From assembly GCA_035492855.1 (NCBI GenBank), contig DATJIU010000125.1, positions 4,025-68,024 on the forward strand: a stretch of DNA of 64,000 nucleotides, written 5' to 3'. This DNA is from Dongiaceae bacterium. Its GTDB lineage: Bacteria; Verrucomicrobiota; Verrucomicrobiia; Limisphaerales; JAFMIX01. The notes beneath the pieces were generated by a model. The model was not told where the DNA came from. It worked only from the letters and a program-made list of their open reading frames with translations, and made no database searches. The translations under genes were made by a program, and so were the position numbers. This document shows, piece after piece, positions 37,834 to 48,365 of this stretch; within the stretch, counting starts at the first letter, position 1, and the number at the start of each line of letters is the position of its first letter.

Positions 37834-38616
37834 ATGCTTTTTCTGCGTTTCTGGATTTTCGCCGCGATCGGGCTGATGCTCGCCGCCAGCCTGCATGCGG
37901 CCCAAGTTACCGTGTTTGCTGCGGCCAGTCTTACCGATGCGCTCAAGGAAATTGCCGCGGCCTACGAACCACAGAGCGGTGACAAGATTGTCTTCAACTT
38001 CGCTGCTTCGGGGACGCTGGCGCGCCAGATTGAGGCCGGCGCCCCGGCGGACCTTTTCTTCTCCGCCGATGAGGCGAAGGCCGATGGCTTGGAGAAGAAA
38101 GGTCTGCTGGTCAGCGGCATCCGCCAAAGCTTGCTCGGCAACGCGCTGGTCATTGTGACTCCGCTCGACGGCGCGACGATCCAGACGCCGACTGATCTCA
38201 CCAATGTCGCCCTGGGGCGCATCGCCATCGGCGATCCTAAAATCGTGCCAGCCGGCACGTACGCCCAGGCCTACCTGGAAAAACTGGGGCTTTGGGCGGC
38301 GGTATCGTCCAACGCGGTTCCGTGCGAGAGTGTGCGCGCGGTGCTGGCGGCGGTGGAATCCGGCAATGTCGCTGCCGGCCTGGTTTACAAAACCGATGCC
38401 GCCATCTCCCGCAAGGTAAAGGTGGCGTATGAAGTGCCTCTGGCCAACGGCCCCAAAATCACCTATCCGTTGGCATTGCTTCGCGATGCCCCACAGCCGG
38501 ACGCCGCCAAAAAATTTTTGGCCTATCTGGCCACCGAACCCGCCGCGAAAATCTTTCGCCAGGCAGGATTTATCCTGTTACAAGATTTCCCGGCAACAAA
38601 ATCAAAAACGCCATGA
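37834..38616 (+). CDS. modA: molybdate ABC transporter substrate-binding protein
   Basis: A 260-aa ORF with a signal peptide. The ModA pattern is VTVFAAASLTDALKEIAAAYE, FNFAASGTLARQIEAGAPADLFFSAD and PAGTYAQAYLEKLGLW. No modB or modC follows. Confidence 0.85.
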   Translation: MLFLRFWIFAAIGLMLAASLHAAQVTVFAAASLTDALKEIAAAYEPQSGDKIVFNFAASGTLARQIEAGAPADLFFSADEAKADGLEKKGLLVSGIRQSLLGNALVIVTPLDGATIQTPTDLTNVALGRIAIGDPKIVPAGTYAQAYLEKLGLWAAVSSNAVPCESVRAVLAAVESGNVAAGLVYKTDAAISRKVKVAYEVPLANGPKITYPLALLRDAPQPDAAKKFLAYLATEPAAKIFRQAGFILLQDFPATKSKTP

Positions 38617-39065
38617 AAGTTGAAGGAATCAAAGGTTGTTTCGAGAAGACCGGCGGCCTGTTTTATTTTGGCCGGATGTGTTCCAAAATCCGGCTGCACG
38701 CCAAAGGCGCACTGCCGGAAGATTATCTCGAGATGCTGGGCCAGGGCTTTGATGGCCGAACCTGCCGGTATTTGCGAGTGCAATACGAAGCGGTCAAGGC
38801 GCAGGTGCTTTCCGGCAAATCCGATGCCGAGGTGCTCGAATGGTGCCTGGACCAAGGCCGGCGGCTGACCGCCGAGGAGATTTTGATTTACAACAGCTTC
38901 ATGAGCAAACGGGGCTGGCATGACGACGAAACCGATGGCTTCATCCCGGAAATGATCCGGAAGTATGGTTTGCCCAATGACGGCCGGGTTTTGACCGACT
39001 TCGACCTGATTGAGATGGATGAGGGGCGTTGGTATCCCGAAATGTGGCGAGATGCCTGGAAATAG
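38613..39065 (+). CDS. DUF5069-like protein
   Basis: A 150-aa ORF with an ATGA overlap with modA. The FYFGRMCSKIRLHAKGALPEDY...GFDGRTCRYL pattern resembles DUF5069. Function is unknown. Confidence 0.55.
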   Translation: MKVEGIKGCFEKTGGLFYFGRMCSKIRLHAKGALPEDYLEMLGQGFDGRTCRYLRVQYEAVKAQVLSGKSDAEVLEWCLDQGRRLTAEEILIYNSFMSKRGWHDDETDGFIPEMIRKYGLPNDGRVLTDFDLIEMDEGRWYPEMWRDAWK

Positions 39066-39123
39066 TCTGGCGCGGGCAAACGGGTTTTCCGCCAGTCCCG
39101 CCGCAAAAAGCCTGCCGGGTGGC

Positions 39124-40314
39124 CTACTTCTTGGGCTCTGGTTTCATCCGTTTCCAGGTGGGCAGCGGCAATTCGCCCGATTGATAGCTTTCCAGCCCTC
39201 GCTTGAGCGTGGCCTGGATGCTGGGATTTTTCTCGGCGAGAGTTACCGCCTGTTGTTCGGTGGTCAGGGCGGCGTTCTTGTCGCCCTTCATGAATTGAAT
39301 CCGCGCCAGGGTATCCAGGTAGAGTCCCTTGATCACGGGGTCTGCGGCCAGGGCCACGGCGCGTTCCGAGGCTTTGAGCGCCACGTCCAGGTCGGGATGC
39401 TCAATGTTATCATCGGTGGTGAGCAGCAGGGAAACGATGTTTTGCATGAGCGCGTTGGTGGGGTTGGCATCGCTCAATTGCGCGGCTTCATTGAAGGCGG
39501 CGGGAAAATTCCTCTGCCCCACATAAACCTGAAAGTGGGTCAGGGAAACATATTGTGTCAGGTTGGCATCGGCGCCGGCGAGTTGGTTCAATTGATCCAG
39601 TGCGGTGGCAGCCTGACCCCAATCCTTGGCTTTCATGCTGGTTTGAATTTCGGTCTTTAGGCGGGCTATGTCGTTCTGCTGTTTTTCTTCGGCGGCGGCC
39701 GCTTCCCTGGCGTGATAGGTGCCGGCGAGCACGGCTTCAATGGTGCTTTCCTTCAGTTCCATGGGGTGGCCGATCCAAGCGATGGCCCCGCGGGTATCCA
39801 CCAGGAACGCCGTGGGGATGCCGTTCCGGCCTGCGGCGGTCATCCAGGTGTCGGACATTTTGCCCTGGTTGCTGCCCGTCTTGTCGTCCAAGGCCACGCG
39901 ATAGGTCATGTTGCTGCCCATGGAAGCAATGAATGGCGCGACCTTGCTCGCGTCGGTTTCCCAGCAATCCTGGCCGATGACGATCAAACCCTGGTCTTTG
40001 AACTTCTCATAGATGGCATTGAGATGCGGGATGGACGCCTTGCAGGGCCCGCACCAAGTGGCCCAAAACTCCACGATGTACGCCTTGCCGGCAGCAAACC
40101 CGGTGACCGGATCGCCCTGCACATACTTGCCGGTCTGCAGCTGGGGTGCGGGATCGCCCACGTGCAGGGTGACGGGCGGCGGCACGGGGGCTTTGGCAGC
40201 GGTGGTGTTGTTGGTCGTATCCGGCGGCGTGGCGGTGACTGCAGTGGCGGTGAGCGCCCAACTCGTGGCGATCAAGCAAGTGAGTGCGCGGAGAAAATGT
40301 TTGGTCATGTTCAT
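39124..40314 (-). CDS. TlpA-like thiol:disulfide oxidoreductase with C-terminal helical repeat (TPR-like) region
   Basis: A 396-aa ORF with a signal peptide. The thioredoxin active site is VEFWATWCGPCKASIPHL. The C-terminal half is alpha-helical and repeat-like. Confidence 0.8.
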   Translation of the reverse strand: MNMTKHFLRALTCLIATSWALTATAVTATPPDTTNNTTAAKAPVPPPVTLHVGDPAPQLQTGKYVQGDPVTGFAAGKAYIVEFWATWCGPCKASIPHLNAIYEKFKDQGLIVIGQDCWETDASKVAPFIASMGSNMTYRVALDDKTGSNQGKMSDTWMTAAGRNGIPTAFLVDTRGAIAWIGHPMELKESTIEAVLAGTYHAREAAAAEEKQQNDIARLKTEIQTSMKAKDWGQAATALDQLNQLAGADANLTQYVSLTHFQVYVGQRNFPAAFNEAAQLSDANPTNALMQNIVSLLLTTDDNIEHPDLDVALKASERAVALAADPVIKGLYLDTLARIQFMKGDKNAALTTEQQAVTLAEKNPSIQATLKRGLESYQSGELPLPTWKRMKPEPKK

Positions 40315-40532
40315 GAATCGAACCGGGTTTGCGGGATGTCCTGTGAATTAAGGACATGGTGCTCCGGTTCGAGGACAAAGCAAGACCGTACCTTGGCGGT
40401 GCCAGCCGAATTGACTCAAAAAGAATGTTGCCAAGGCGTCGGAAACGATGGTGTGGTCACCCTGCGGGCGATCAAACCTTCGCGTTAATTTTGCGCCGGC
40501 GGTGGCGGGTTGTTGCCCGCTGGCAGACCGGG

Positions 40533-41435
40533 CTACTGGTCCAGAGTGTTAAGCCACGCCGGTTTGGCCTGCCAGTAACCGTAGCTGAGATGCGGGTCGT
40601 TGTCGTTGTTCCAGCGGGCCCGCCAGAAGGCATTGTTGGGATCCCGCACATCGTTGCGCCGCGGGGTTTCCACGTGGCCGTCGCAGAACAGGACGTCGGT
40701 GCGGAAATTGTGCCGGTTGGCCGGGCAGGCGGAATGGCCGCTGACGGTTTTGACGTCCGCCGGTTCACAGTTGCCATTGAAGGACGGAGTCACATTTTTG
40801 GGCACGGAGGGCACATCACAAATCCAGATCATTTCCGTGGGCTTCCGGACGGTGCTGTCGCGGACAGGACCCTGGTACAGGCCGCCGTCAACATCGCCGC
40901 CCAGGCCGAGTTGGGGCCGGGTGATGACTTCGCTGCCGCCCTGGAAATGAATGCCCCAGTCATTGTAGCCCAGACCAAAGTATGATCGGGAGGTGATCGC
41001 ATAAGCGTCGGCGACCCCGCCCGGCCCGGTGCCGCCCAGCGAAGGGTTGGCGTTGGTGTCCCATGCGGTCCAAGGTTGCGCGGCGGGACAGGTGAAGGCC
41101 TTGCGGGCGCCGCCCATGAGGTTGAACAACCGCACCGGCCAGACATAGTAGTAGTTGGCTGAACCGCCGGCCGGAGTGGAGAGACAACCCGGATACGCGC
41201 CGTTGTCGCCGATGTACATGACCCCGGCGATGCCAATCTGCCGCATGTTGTTCACGCACGAAATTTGCTTGGCCCGGGCCTTGGCCTTGGTCAGCGCTGG
41301 GAGCAGCAGGCCGGCCAGAATGGCGATGATGGCGATGACCACCAGCAGCTCGATGAGGGTGAAGCCGGTGGTGTTTTTGCGATTCGGCCGGAAGCCGGGT
41401 TGCTGAAATTTGCCAATGGACATGGGTGTTTGCAT
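40533..41435 (-). CDS. prepilin-type N-terminal cleavage/methylation domain protein with H-X9-DG motif (DUF1559-like)
   Basis: The track ORF is 40533..41525. I prefer the ATG at 41435 (or 41423). It carries [34 protein letters not shown]. The H-X9-DG motif is seen as [12 protein letters not shown]. Confidence 0.85.
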   Translation of the reverse strand: MQTPMSIGKFQQPGFRPNRKNTTGFTLIELLVVIAIIAILAGLLLPALTKAKARAKQISCVNNMRQIGIAGVMYIGDNGAYPGCLSTPAGGSANYYYVWPVRLFNLMGGARKAFTCPAAQPWTAWDTNANPSLGGTGPGGVADAYAITSRSYFGLGYNDWGIHFQGGSEVITRPQLGLGGDVDGGLYQGPVRDSTVRKPTEMIWICDVPSVPKNVTPSFNGNCEPADVKTVSGHSACPANRHNFRTDVLFCDGHVETPRRNDVRDPNNAFWRARWNNDNDPHLSYGYWQAKPAWLNTLDQ

Positions 41436-41570
41436 TTCGCTTTGGGATCTGCCCCGTTTCATTTCCGCAGGGTCATGCTTCGACAAAGCATGCCGCCGGA
41501 AGCTGAACGCGGGGGCGCTCCGCAATGTTTTGGATGATGAGACTACGCTACCTTGATTGCCGCCCGGTTG

Positions 41571-41597
41571 TCATGGCACATAAAACGGCCTCGCCAC
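41571..41597 (-). promoter_or_regulatory. conserved leader mini-ORF/box, copy 1 (GTG GCG AGG CCG TTT TAT GTG CCA TGA c; V-A-R-P-F-Y-V-P-stop)
   Basis: Read on the minus strand, 136 nt upstream of the prepilin-like gene start at 41435. It is enclosed by a 6-bp inverted repeat, gattgc ... gcaatc. See the first finding. Confidence 0.6.
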
Positions 41598-41756
41598 TGC
41601 AATCCGAAGTGCCACCAGGCGAGAACAGGTGCCGTCGCCGGAGAATTGCGGGCGGGCAAGGCGGAGGTTGATGCCGGGTCCAGCGGGTCAGCCAGGTTCC
41701 TACCCACTGGGGCAACGGGCCTGCAAGGCAAGCCAGGCAAGGGAGTGATACACACC

Positions 41757-41780
41757 ATGAGGCCACTTCATGTGCCATGA
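41757..41780 (+). promoter_or_regulatory. conserved leader mini-ORF/box, copy 2 (ATG AGG CCA CTT CAT GTG CCA TGA c; M-R-P-L-H-V-P-stop)
   Basis: On the plus strand, 340 nt upstream of the LamG giant gene. It is divergent from copy 1 in the same intergenic region. Confidence 0.6.
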
Positions 41781-42119
41781 CACCCACTACGGGTTCGGAT
41801 AGGCTGGAGATTACTAACCCCAGTTGACCGAGAGTATTGTTAATGAAATTTAACGCACTCAGGCTCTTCGGATTTGTTTCCGGGAGCTGTTTTATAATTT
41901 CGTCTTTTCTGACTGCGCCGGTCGTTCCTGCGGCGCTGACGCAGGCATGCCGTTTCAATGACGGCATCATAAGTAGCTCCCAGTTGACCTCGGGAGTGCC
42001 GCCGCCAGCAGCGGTATCCCAGAAGGTTTCCTCGCAGCAAAAGCCCGGCGGCTTAAGCCGGATTTGACATCATTTTAACCCACCATCCACAACTGAACCC
42101 GAACCACACCATAATCAAA

Positions 42120-44996
42120 ATGAAAACAGCAAAACGAATACAGCCGCAACTTGGCCGGGGCCTGGCCCGGGCTTTGGCGGGCGCACTCTTGGGCGCGCTG
42201 GTCGCCACCGCGAGTGCGCAAAACCTGACGCACCGCTGGAGTTTCAACGATGCCAGCGACTCGGTCGGCACGGCCAGCGTCTCGCTCACGGGCAATGCCA
42301 CGATTGACAGCGGAATGTTGAATGTTCCCGGCGGCGGCGGGGCCTCCGATTTTGGCTCGGTGGACATCTCGAGTGATTACACCAATTACACCAGCACCAC
42401 GATTGAATGCTGGTTTACGGAAACTTTCATCCAGGACTGGTCCAAGGTGTGGATGTTTGGCAATGGCGGCGTGAACGCCAATGCCGGTACCACCTATCAG
42501 GATTTCACGCCCAACCGCGGCAATGCGCAAGCCCCGGGGATTTCGATTACCCCGGCACCGTTTTCTGGCGGTGATTTTGCCGTTGCCGGGAGCGCCCAGC
42601 TTGCTGGGGGGGTCGAACACCATGCGGTGGCTGTGTATGATTACGGCGCCAACACCATGACGCTTTACGTTGACGGCGTATATAACTGTTCCGGCAGCAT
42701 GCAGAACACTCCCATCAGCGCCCTTAAGTCAACCCAGTTCCGCTTCGGCGCCGGGACCTCCTGGGGCGATACCAGCTTCAACGGCACCATTGACGAAATG
42801 CGCATATATGACGGACCGTTGACGCCGGTGCAGGCGGAAGCGGATTACGAAGCCGGCCCGGATACGATCAGTGCCGGTCCCGGCGCTTTGACCGCGATTC
42901 AATTTAACAATCCGGCTACAGTGATTGTCGGGGGCAAGTTCACTCCTGCAATTCTCGCGACCTATGCTGCTCTGACGAACAAGGTGGATGTCACCCGGAT
43001 GTCCGGCATTACATATTCGTCCGATGATACCAATGTGGTTAATTTCGGCACGGACGGCCTGTTCCATGCGGTGGCGGTCGGTAGCACCACGATTCATGCG
43101 GCGTTCCAGTCCCAGAACGCGGCCCTGGTCGTGCATGTGCAAACCGAACCCGCGGTGGTGGTCCATCGCTACAGCTTCGATGGCACCGCCGGCACCACGA
43201 CCATCACGGACTCGGTAGGAAATGCCGATGGCACGCTGAACAACGGTTCGGGCACGGCCACCCTCACCGGCACCGGTCAGTTGACGCTGGATGGCAATGC
43301 CAGCTCGGGCTACGTGTCGTTGCCGTCCGGCATTCTCGCCAACCTCACGAACGCCACCTTCCAGATCTGGGCGACCAACCTGGATGTGAATTCCGACTGG
43401 GCGGAATTATGGGCCTTTGGCACTAACAATGGATCCCAGGGCGTGGAATACATCGCCCTGATCCCGAACAATCCCAACAACCACACCATCCGGTTGGACG
43501 CCCATGGGGCCAATGGCTTCTCGTTTGATGCCCCGACGGCGATGGCTTTGAGCAATGTCTCCTGTGTAACGCTGACCTACAATTACTCGGCGCAGGTGGC
43601 GTCCATGTATGTAGATGGTCGCAAAGTGGCCACCTCCACTGCCGCCAAGGTGCTCTATACGATTCCAGATTCGAACAACTACCTCGGGCAGTCCGAATGG
43701 TACGGCAGTGGCGATCCCTATTTCACCGGCGTTATTGATGAGTTCCGCATTTACTCCGGGGTGGAATCGGAACTGCAAATCGCCATTGACGCGAAGGTCG
43801 GCCCGAACTCGGTGGTCACCAATGCCGGCGCGATGCAGTCGCTCACGGTGACCATGGATACTACAAATGTGGATGTCCGCGGACTGAACGTGCCCATCCG
43901 GGTGTTGGCGAACTTCGCCAATGTGAGCGGGGTGGATATCACCACCCTGCCGGAGACCTCGCTCAGCAGCAGCGCGCCGGACGTGGGCACGATTGTCAAC
44001 GGCACCTTTGCCCCGCAAAATGCCGGGACGACCACGGTGACGGCCAGTTATAACGGGGTTAACGGTTCCGTGGTGGTGAATGTGGTGGACACGAATGGTC
44101 CGCCGACGCTGCTGCATCATTATACCTTCAATGAAACCTCCGGGACCACCATCCATGATTCCGTGGGGACCATTGATGGCACTGTGAATGGCCCCGTGAC
44201 TTGGACCGGCACGCAAATGGTAATGCCGACGGCGAATCCCGCGCCGGATGGCAGCGGTCAGCCCACGGCCGCCAGTGGCTGGGTATCCTTCCCCGCGAAC
44301 GAGGGCTTGGTGACTGGATTGCCGAATGAAGCGAGCATTGAGTGCTGGGTGGTCTGGGCTGGCGGCGCGGTCTGGCAGGAAATGTTCGACTTTGGCCAGG
44401 CGGCCAATCCCGGCGTATCCACCGGCGGTGGCCAGTACGTGATGGTGAGCCCCCACGACGGGGCCAGCGGAGCGTTGCGGCTGGAATGGTTCCCCGGCGG
44501 ATTGGTGCTCACCGGACCTTCGCTCCAGCAAAATGTGCTGAGCCAGGTGGTCATCACGCACGATCAGGACCGCCAGTTGGACAAGCTCTACCTGAACGGC
44601 CAGTTGGTCGCTACGGGCAGCAACCCGCTGCTGTGGTCGAGCCTGCCGGATACGGACAACTGGCTGGCCCGCGACCAGTGGCCGGATGCCATGTTCAATG
44701 GCGCATATGCTGACCTGCGTTTCTGGGATGGCGCCCTGACCGCCGGTCAGGTGGCCAGTTCCTATGCCACGGGGCCGGAAACGATCGCCGGACCGGCGCT
44801 GCACATCACGGCTGCGGGCGGGCAAATTACGCTCACCTGGCCGGCCAGCGCCTCGGGCTTCAATCCGGAGTCCGCGACGGATCTGGTGAATGGTCCTTGG
44901 ACTGCGGTGTCGGGAACACCGACCGTGGTCAACGGTCAGAACGTGCTGACCGTGCCGGCAACGCAAAGCCGGACGTTCTACCGGCTGAAACAGTAA
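42120..44996 (+). CDS. secreted LamG/ConA-like triple-module protein with bacterial Ig-like (Big_2-like) domains (958 aa)
   Basis: The signal peptide is MKTAKRIQPQL...LVATASAQ. Three jelly-roll modules each open with H(R/H)(W/Y)(S/T)F(N/D), near nt 42231, 43164 and 44115. Each ends with IDE(M/F)RIY..., as in Laminin_G_3. Big_2-like inserts are present (VAVGSTTIHAAF, AGTTTVTASY). The C-terminal tail is TFYRLKQ. Confidence 0.8.
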   Translation: MKTAKRIQPQLGRGLARALAGALLGALVATASAQNLTHRWSFNDASDSVGTASVSLTGNATIDSGMLNVPGGGGASDFGSVDISSDYTNYTSTTIECWFTETFIQDWSKVWMFGNGGVNANAGTTYQDFTPNRGNAQAPGISITPAPFSGGDFAVAGSAQLAGGVEHHAVAVYDYGANTMTLYVDGVYNCSGSMQNTPISALKSTQFRFGAGTSWGDTSFNGTIDEMRIYDGPLTPVQAEADYEAGPDTISAGPGALTAIQFNNPATVIVGGKFTPAILATYAALTNKVDVTRMSGITYSSDDTNVVNFGTDGLFHAVAVGSTTIHAAFQSQNAALVVHVQTEPAVVVHRYSFDGTAGTTTITDSVGNADGTLNNGSGTATLTGTGQLTLDGNASSGYVSLPSGILANLTNATFQIWATNLDVNSDWAELWAFGTNNGSQGVEYIALIPNNPNNHTIRLDAHGANGFSFDAPTAMALSNVSCVTLTYNYSAQVASMYVDGRKVATSTAAKVLYTIPDSNNYLGQSEWYGSGDPYFTGVIDEFRIYSGVESELQIAIDAKVGPNSVVTNAGAMQSLTVTMDTTNVDVRGLNVPIRVLANFANVSGVDITTLPETSLSSSAPDVGTIVNGTFAPQNAGTTTVTASYNGVNGSVVVNVVDTNGPPTLLHHYTFNETSGTTIHDSVGTIDGTVNGPVTWTGTQMVMPTANPAPDGSGQPTAASGWVSFPANEGLVTGLPNEASIECWVVWAGGAVWQEMFDFGQAANPGVSTGGGQYVMVSPHDGASGALRLEWFPGGLVLTGPSLQQNVLSQVVITHDQDRQLDKLYLNGQLVATGSNPLLWSSLPDTDNWLARDQWPDAMFNGAYADLRFWDGALTAGQVASSYATGPETIAGPALHITAAGGQITLTWPASASGFNPESATDLVNGPWTAVSGTPTVVNGQNVLTVPATQSRTFYRLKQ

Positions 44997-45022
44997 CATC
45001 TTGCTGAGGGTATGCATCGGGG

Positions 45023-45057
45023 AAGGCTGGGCGCGGCAACGCGTCCAGCCTTTTTTT
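45023..45057 (+). terminator. strong rho-independent terminator after the LamG gene
   Basis: An 11-bp stem, ggctgggcgcg / cgcgtccagcc, with one G-U pair and loop gcaa. Seven T residues follow at 45051-45057. It lies inside the 5' extension of track ORF 45012..48365, which supports the ATG at 45126 as the true start of the kinase. Confidence 0.8.
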
Positions 45058-45125
45058 GCCGCCCGGAGCGCTGCCGGACAGATTCCGCTCGCCCCTGGGC
45101 GCGTGCCCCCCTTAAATTTGCCGGT

Positions 45126-48100
45126 ATGACGCCCGCCATCCGCGCCTGGTTTCAGGTTTTGCGCTGCTGCCTTGTGGCCAGCCTCGGGTGGGCGGCAACG
45201 GAACCGGTCCGGGCGCAGACCATGCCGCATACTTCGGCGGATTATCTCATCCACGTCTGGACTTCCGATGACGGCCTGCCGCAAAATTCCGTAAACTGCC
45301 TCGCGCAGACGCCCGACGGCTACCTCTGGATCGGCACCCGCAGCGGCGGGCTGGCACGGTTCGATGGCGCCAATTTTGTCACCTTCAATCCGCAGTCCAC
45401 TCCCGGCCTGCGCGATGTGGAAATCGAAACGTTGAGTGTGGATTCGCAGGGCACGATGTGGATTGCCGCGGGCAACGAATCCATCACCAGTCTGACGCTG
45501 GGAAAATTCCGGCTCGTCCGCGAACCCAATGCCGCGCCGCGGTGGCATCCCCTGCAAATTCCCATCGTGGCCGAGGATGCCGGGGCGGTCTATTTCGCCG
45601 CCTACGGCAACGCGGTGTTTCGCGTGCCCCGGCATGGCGAGGTGAATGCCGCCCAGCACATTGACCTCGTGCCGCCCCCGCCCGACCCGCCGCCGGGCCA
45701 GTTCAGCCGGGCGCCCGATGGCACCCTGTGGTATGTCACCGAAAACTATGACATTGCGCGGATGCAATTCACCTCACCGAGCAGCGCCCAGTTCAGCGTG
45801 TTCCATCCCGGGGTGCCGGTACAGGAACTCGTTCGGGATGCCACGGGCCAGATTTGGGGCATCGAGGGCAATCGCGTCGGCATTGTGACGCCTGCGGGCT
45901 TCACCGATCACACCCCGACCAACGGACCCGCCCCGCAGGATGTCCGGCAGATTATTCCCGCCCGGGATGGCGGTCTGTGGATTTGGGACGGCAACGAACT
46001 GCGGAAAATGTCCGCCGGGCAGTGGTGTTTGACCGCCGCCCACTTTCACCCGCCGCATGACCGGGAGTCACTGCATTTTACGGCGGATTCCCAGGGAGGC
46101 CTGTGGGTTATAGAATATGGCACCGGCCTGTGGCACGTGGCGCCGGACGGCAAGACCGACCTGCTGACGCCGGAAAACGGCCTGCCCAGCAAGTTCATCA
46201 CCTGCTGCATGGAGGACTACGAGGGCAACATCTGGATTGGCACCAAAGAGGCGGGCCTGGCGCGGATTCGCCGCCGGCTGTTCAAGGTGTTCACCGCGGC
46301 CGATGGCATTCCCGGGGATGTCGCCCAATCCGTTTGCGAAGACGAGCAGCATACCATCTGGGTGGGCACCGCCACCGGAGGGCTGGCGCGCAAAACGGGA
46401 GACAAGTTTGAATCCATCCCGCTCACGCCCAACCCCGACCCGTTGATTGAGAGTGTCACCGTCTGTCCCGATGCCGTCAACGGCATCTGGGTGGGCACGC
46501 TACAGGGCCGGATTTTCCGGGTCGTGAGCAATGAAGTCCAAAACGTGAATGACACCACGGCCTGGTCCTTTCCGCTGGAGCGGCTGCGCGACCACGTGGC
46601 GAATGCCATGATGCAGGACAGCAGCGGCCGGGTGTGGTTCTCCAACGGCTCGGGGGCGTATTATTATCAGAACGGTACCTTTTCGGCGTTCGACAACACC
46701 CGCGGTTTTGTAACCGGGATCGGGGTTCGGGCTATTGCCGAGGGGCCGCGGGGCACCCTTTGGTTTGGCACCGAGCCGGGCGACCTCTGGCAGTTTAACA
46801 AAGACCTGCCGGCCCGGCACCATCAGCCGGCCGACTGGCCGAACGCTCGCGTGGCGGCGCTGTTGCCCGACGCGGATGGCAGCGTGTGGGTGGGGACGTT
46901 GGGGGGCGGTCTGCTCCATTTTGCGAACGGTACGTTTACCCGCATCACCACCGCCCAGGGCCTGCCTGACAATAGTATCACCCAGTTGCTCGAAGACCAG
47001 GACGGTTATCTCTGGGGCGGGACATATGCGGGAATTTTCCGTGCAGCCAAAAAAGACTTGAAGAACCTGGCTGCAGGCAAGGCGGACGAGATTTCCGTTT
47101 CCGTGTATGGGCGCTTCGACGGGCTCCCGGCGCAATCGTATTCCGGCTGGTTTCAACCTTCGTGTTGGCGCTCGCACGACGGCTGGCTGTGGTTCACCAC
47201 GGTGAAAGGCCTCGTGGCCGTCAGTCCGCAGGATGTGACGGTGAATCATCGGCCGCCGCCCGTGATTGTCGAGGAGATGCGGGTGGACAGCGTGCCGCGC
47301 GACCTGGAGGGTTATGAAATGGCCGCCACCAATACGGTGCTGCAACTCGGACCAGGCCGGCATTATGTGGAGTTCCGGTTCACCGGCATTGATTTCAACG
47401 AGCCGGACCAGGTGCGGTTCAAATGGCGGCTGGAGGGCGTGGAAAAAGAGTGGCGCGAAGGTGTAAACCGTCGCGTGGTGAGTTACGGGCCGCTCCTGCC
47501 GGGCAATTATTGTTTCCGCGTGCTGGCCGCCAACAGCGACGGCGTGTGGAACAAGATCGGCGCCAGCGTGGCGTTTGAGGTGCTGCCGTTCTTCTGGGAG
47601 ACCTGGTGGTTCAAGGCATTCCTGATTGCCGCCAGTTGCGGTGGCCTGGCCCTGGCGGTGACGCTCGGTTTGCGCCGCCGGCACCGGCTGGAACTCGAAC
47701 GCCTGGAACGCCGGCATGAGATGGAGCGTGAACGCACGCGCATTGCCCGCGACATGCACGATGAAATCGGCTCCAAGCTGGCGCGCATTTCCTTCCTGAG
47801 CGAAATCGTCAAGAGCGAGGCCCGGAGTGCCAGCGCGGCGGACGGGGTGGTGGATTCGCTGTCCCGCACGGCGCGTGACCTGTTGCTGTCGCTGGACCGG
47901 ATGCTCTGGGCGGTGAATCCCCGCAACGACTCGCTGGAAAAGCTCTCCGCGTATTTGAACCGTTACGCCGCAGAATATTTTCAGAGCACCTCGATCCGGT
48001 GCCGGCTGGCGTTTCCGGGGAATTTGCCGGCCATCCCGCTCTCCGCCGAAATGCGGCATAACATTTTTCTCGCCTTTGAGGAGGCGCTGGCCAACACCCT

Positions 48101-48365
48101 CAAGCATGCCGGCGCCACCGAGGTCAGTGCTGAACTGGTCTGCCACAACGGCACCGTGGAAATTTCCATCGCCGATAACGGCCGGGGCTTTGATGTGCCC
48201 GCGCGCACTGCGGCCATCCAGCCCGAAGCCGGCGAGCATCTGGGACTTTCCGGTATGCACCACCGCTTGCAATTGCTCGGCGGAACGTGTCACATCACCA
48301 GTACACCCGGCGGTGGCACCCTGGTCAGATTCGTGTTGCCCCTCCATACCACCCATGCCCAATAA
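45126..48365 (+). CDS. sensor histidine kinase with periplasmic beta-propeller (Reg_prop) repeats and Y_Y_Y domain; HisKA_3 + HATPase_c
   Basis: The signal/TM region is MTPAIRAWFQVLRCCLVASLGW. Many repeats of the type GLPqNsV..l.qD..G.lWiGT are present. A Y_Y_Y-like block (LGPGRHYVEFRF, YGPLLPGNYCFRV) is followed by a TM helix. The H-box is ERERTRIARDMHDEIGSKL. The ATPase region has LANTLKHAGA, DNGRGFD and GLSGMHHRLQLLGG. Confidence 0.85.
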   Translation: MTPAIRAWFQVLRCCLVASLGWAATEPVRAQTMPHTSADYLIHVWTSDDGLPQNSVNCLAQTPDGYLWIGTRSGGLARFDGANFVTFNPQSTPGLRDVEIETLSVDSQGTMWIAAGNESITSLTLGKFRLVREPNAAPRWHPLQIPIVAEDAGAVYFAAYGNAVFRVPRHGEVNAAQHIDLVPPPPDPPPGQFSRAPDGTLWYVTENYDIARMQFTSPSSAQFSVFHPGVPVQELVRDATGQIWGIEGNRVGIVTPAGFTDHTPTNGPAPQDVRQIIPARDGGLWIWDGNELRKMSAGQWCLTAAHFHPPHDRESLHFTADSQGGLWVIEYGTGLWHVAPDGKTDLLTPENGLPSKFITCCMEDYEGNIWIGTKEAGLARIRRRLFKVFTAADGIPGDVAQSVCEDEQHTIWVGTATGGLARKTGDKFESIPLTPNPDPLIESVTVCPDAVNGIWVGTLQGRIFRVVSNEVQNVNDTTAWSFPLERLRDHVANAMMQDSSGRVWFSNGSGAYYYQNGTFSAFDNTRGFVTGIGVRAIAEGPRGTLWFGTEPGDLWQFNKDLPARHHQPADWPNARVAALLPDADGSVWVGTLGGGLLHFANGTFTRITTAQGLPDNSITQLLEDQDGYLWGGTYAGIFRAAKKDLKNLAAGKADEISVSVYGRFDGLPAQSYSGWFQPSCWRSHDGWLWFTTVKGLVAVSPQDVTVNHRPPPVIVEEMRVDSVPRDLEGYEMAATNTVLQLGPGRHYVEFRFTGIDFNEPDQVRFKWRLEGVEKEWREGVNRRVVSYGPLLPGNYCFRVLAANSDGVWNKIGASVAFEVLPFFWETWWFKAFLIAASCGGLALAVTLGLRRRHRLELERLERRHEMERERTRIARDMHDEIGSKLARISFLSEIVKSEARSASAADGVVDSLSRTARDLLLSLDRMLWAVNPRNDSLEKLSAYLNRYAAEYFQSTSIRCRLAFPGNLPAIPLSAEMRHNIFLAFEEALANTLKHAGATEVSAELVCHNGTVEISIADNGRGFDVPARTAAIQPEAGEHLGLSGMHHRLQLLGGTCHITSTPGGGTLVRFVLPLHTTHAQ

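Noticed and set aside
45012-45125. Upstream-extended starts given by the track for several genes. These are the kinase (45012), EF-P (32666), the response regulator (48076), the porin (36185), the second kinase (56527), the GH43-like gene (53850) and the prepilin-like genes (5850, 41525).
   Set aside because: The extensions are Arg/Pro-rich. They overlap upstream genes or, for 45012, a strong terminator. Internal ATGs give proper signal peptides or family-typical N-termini.
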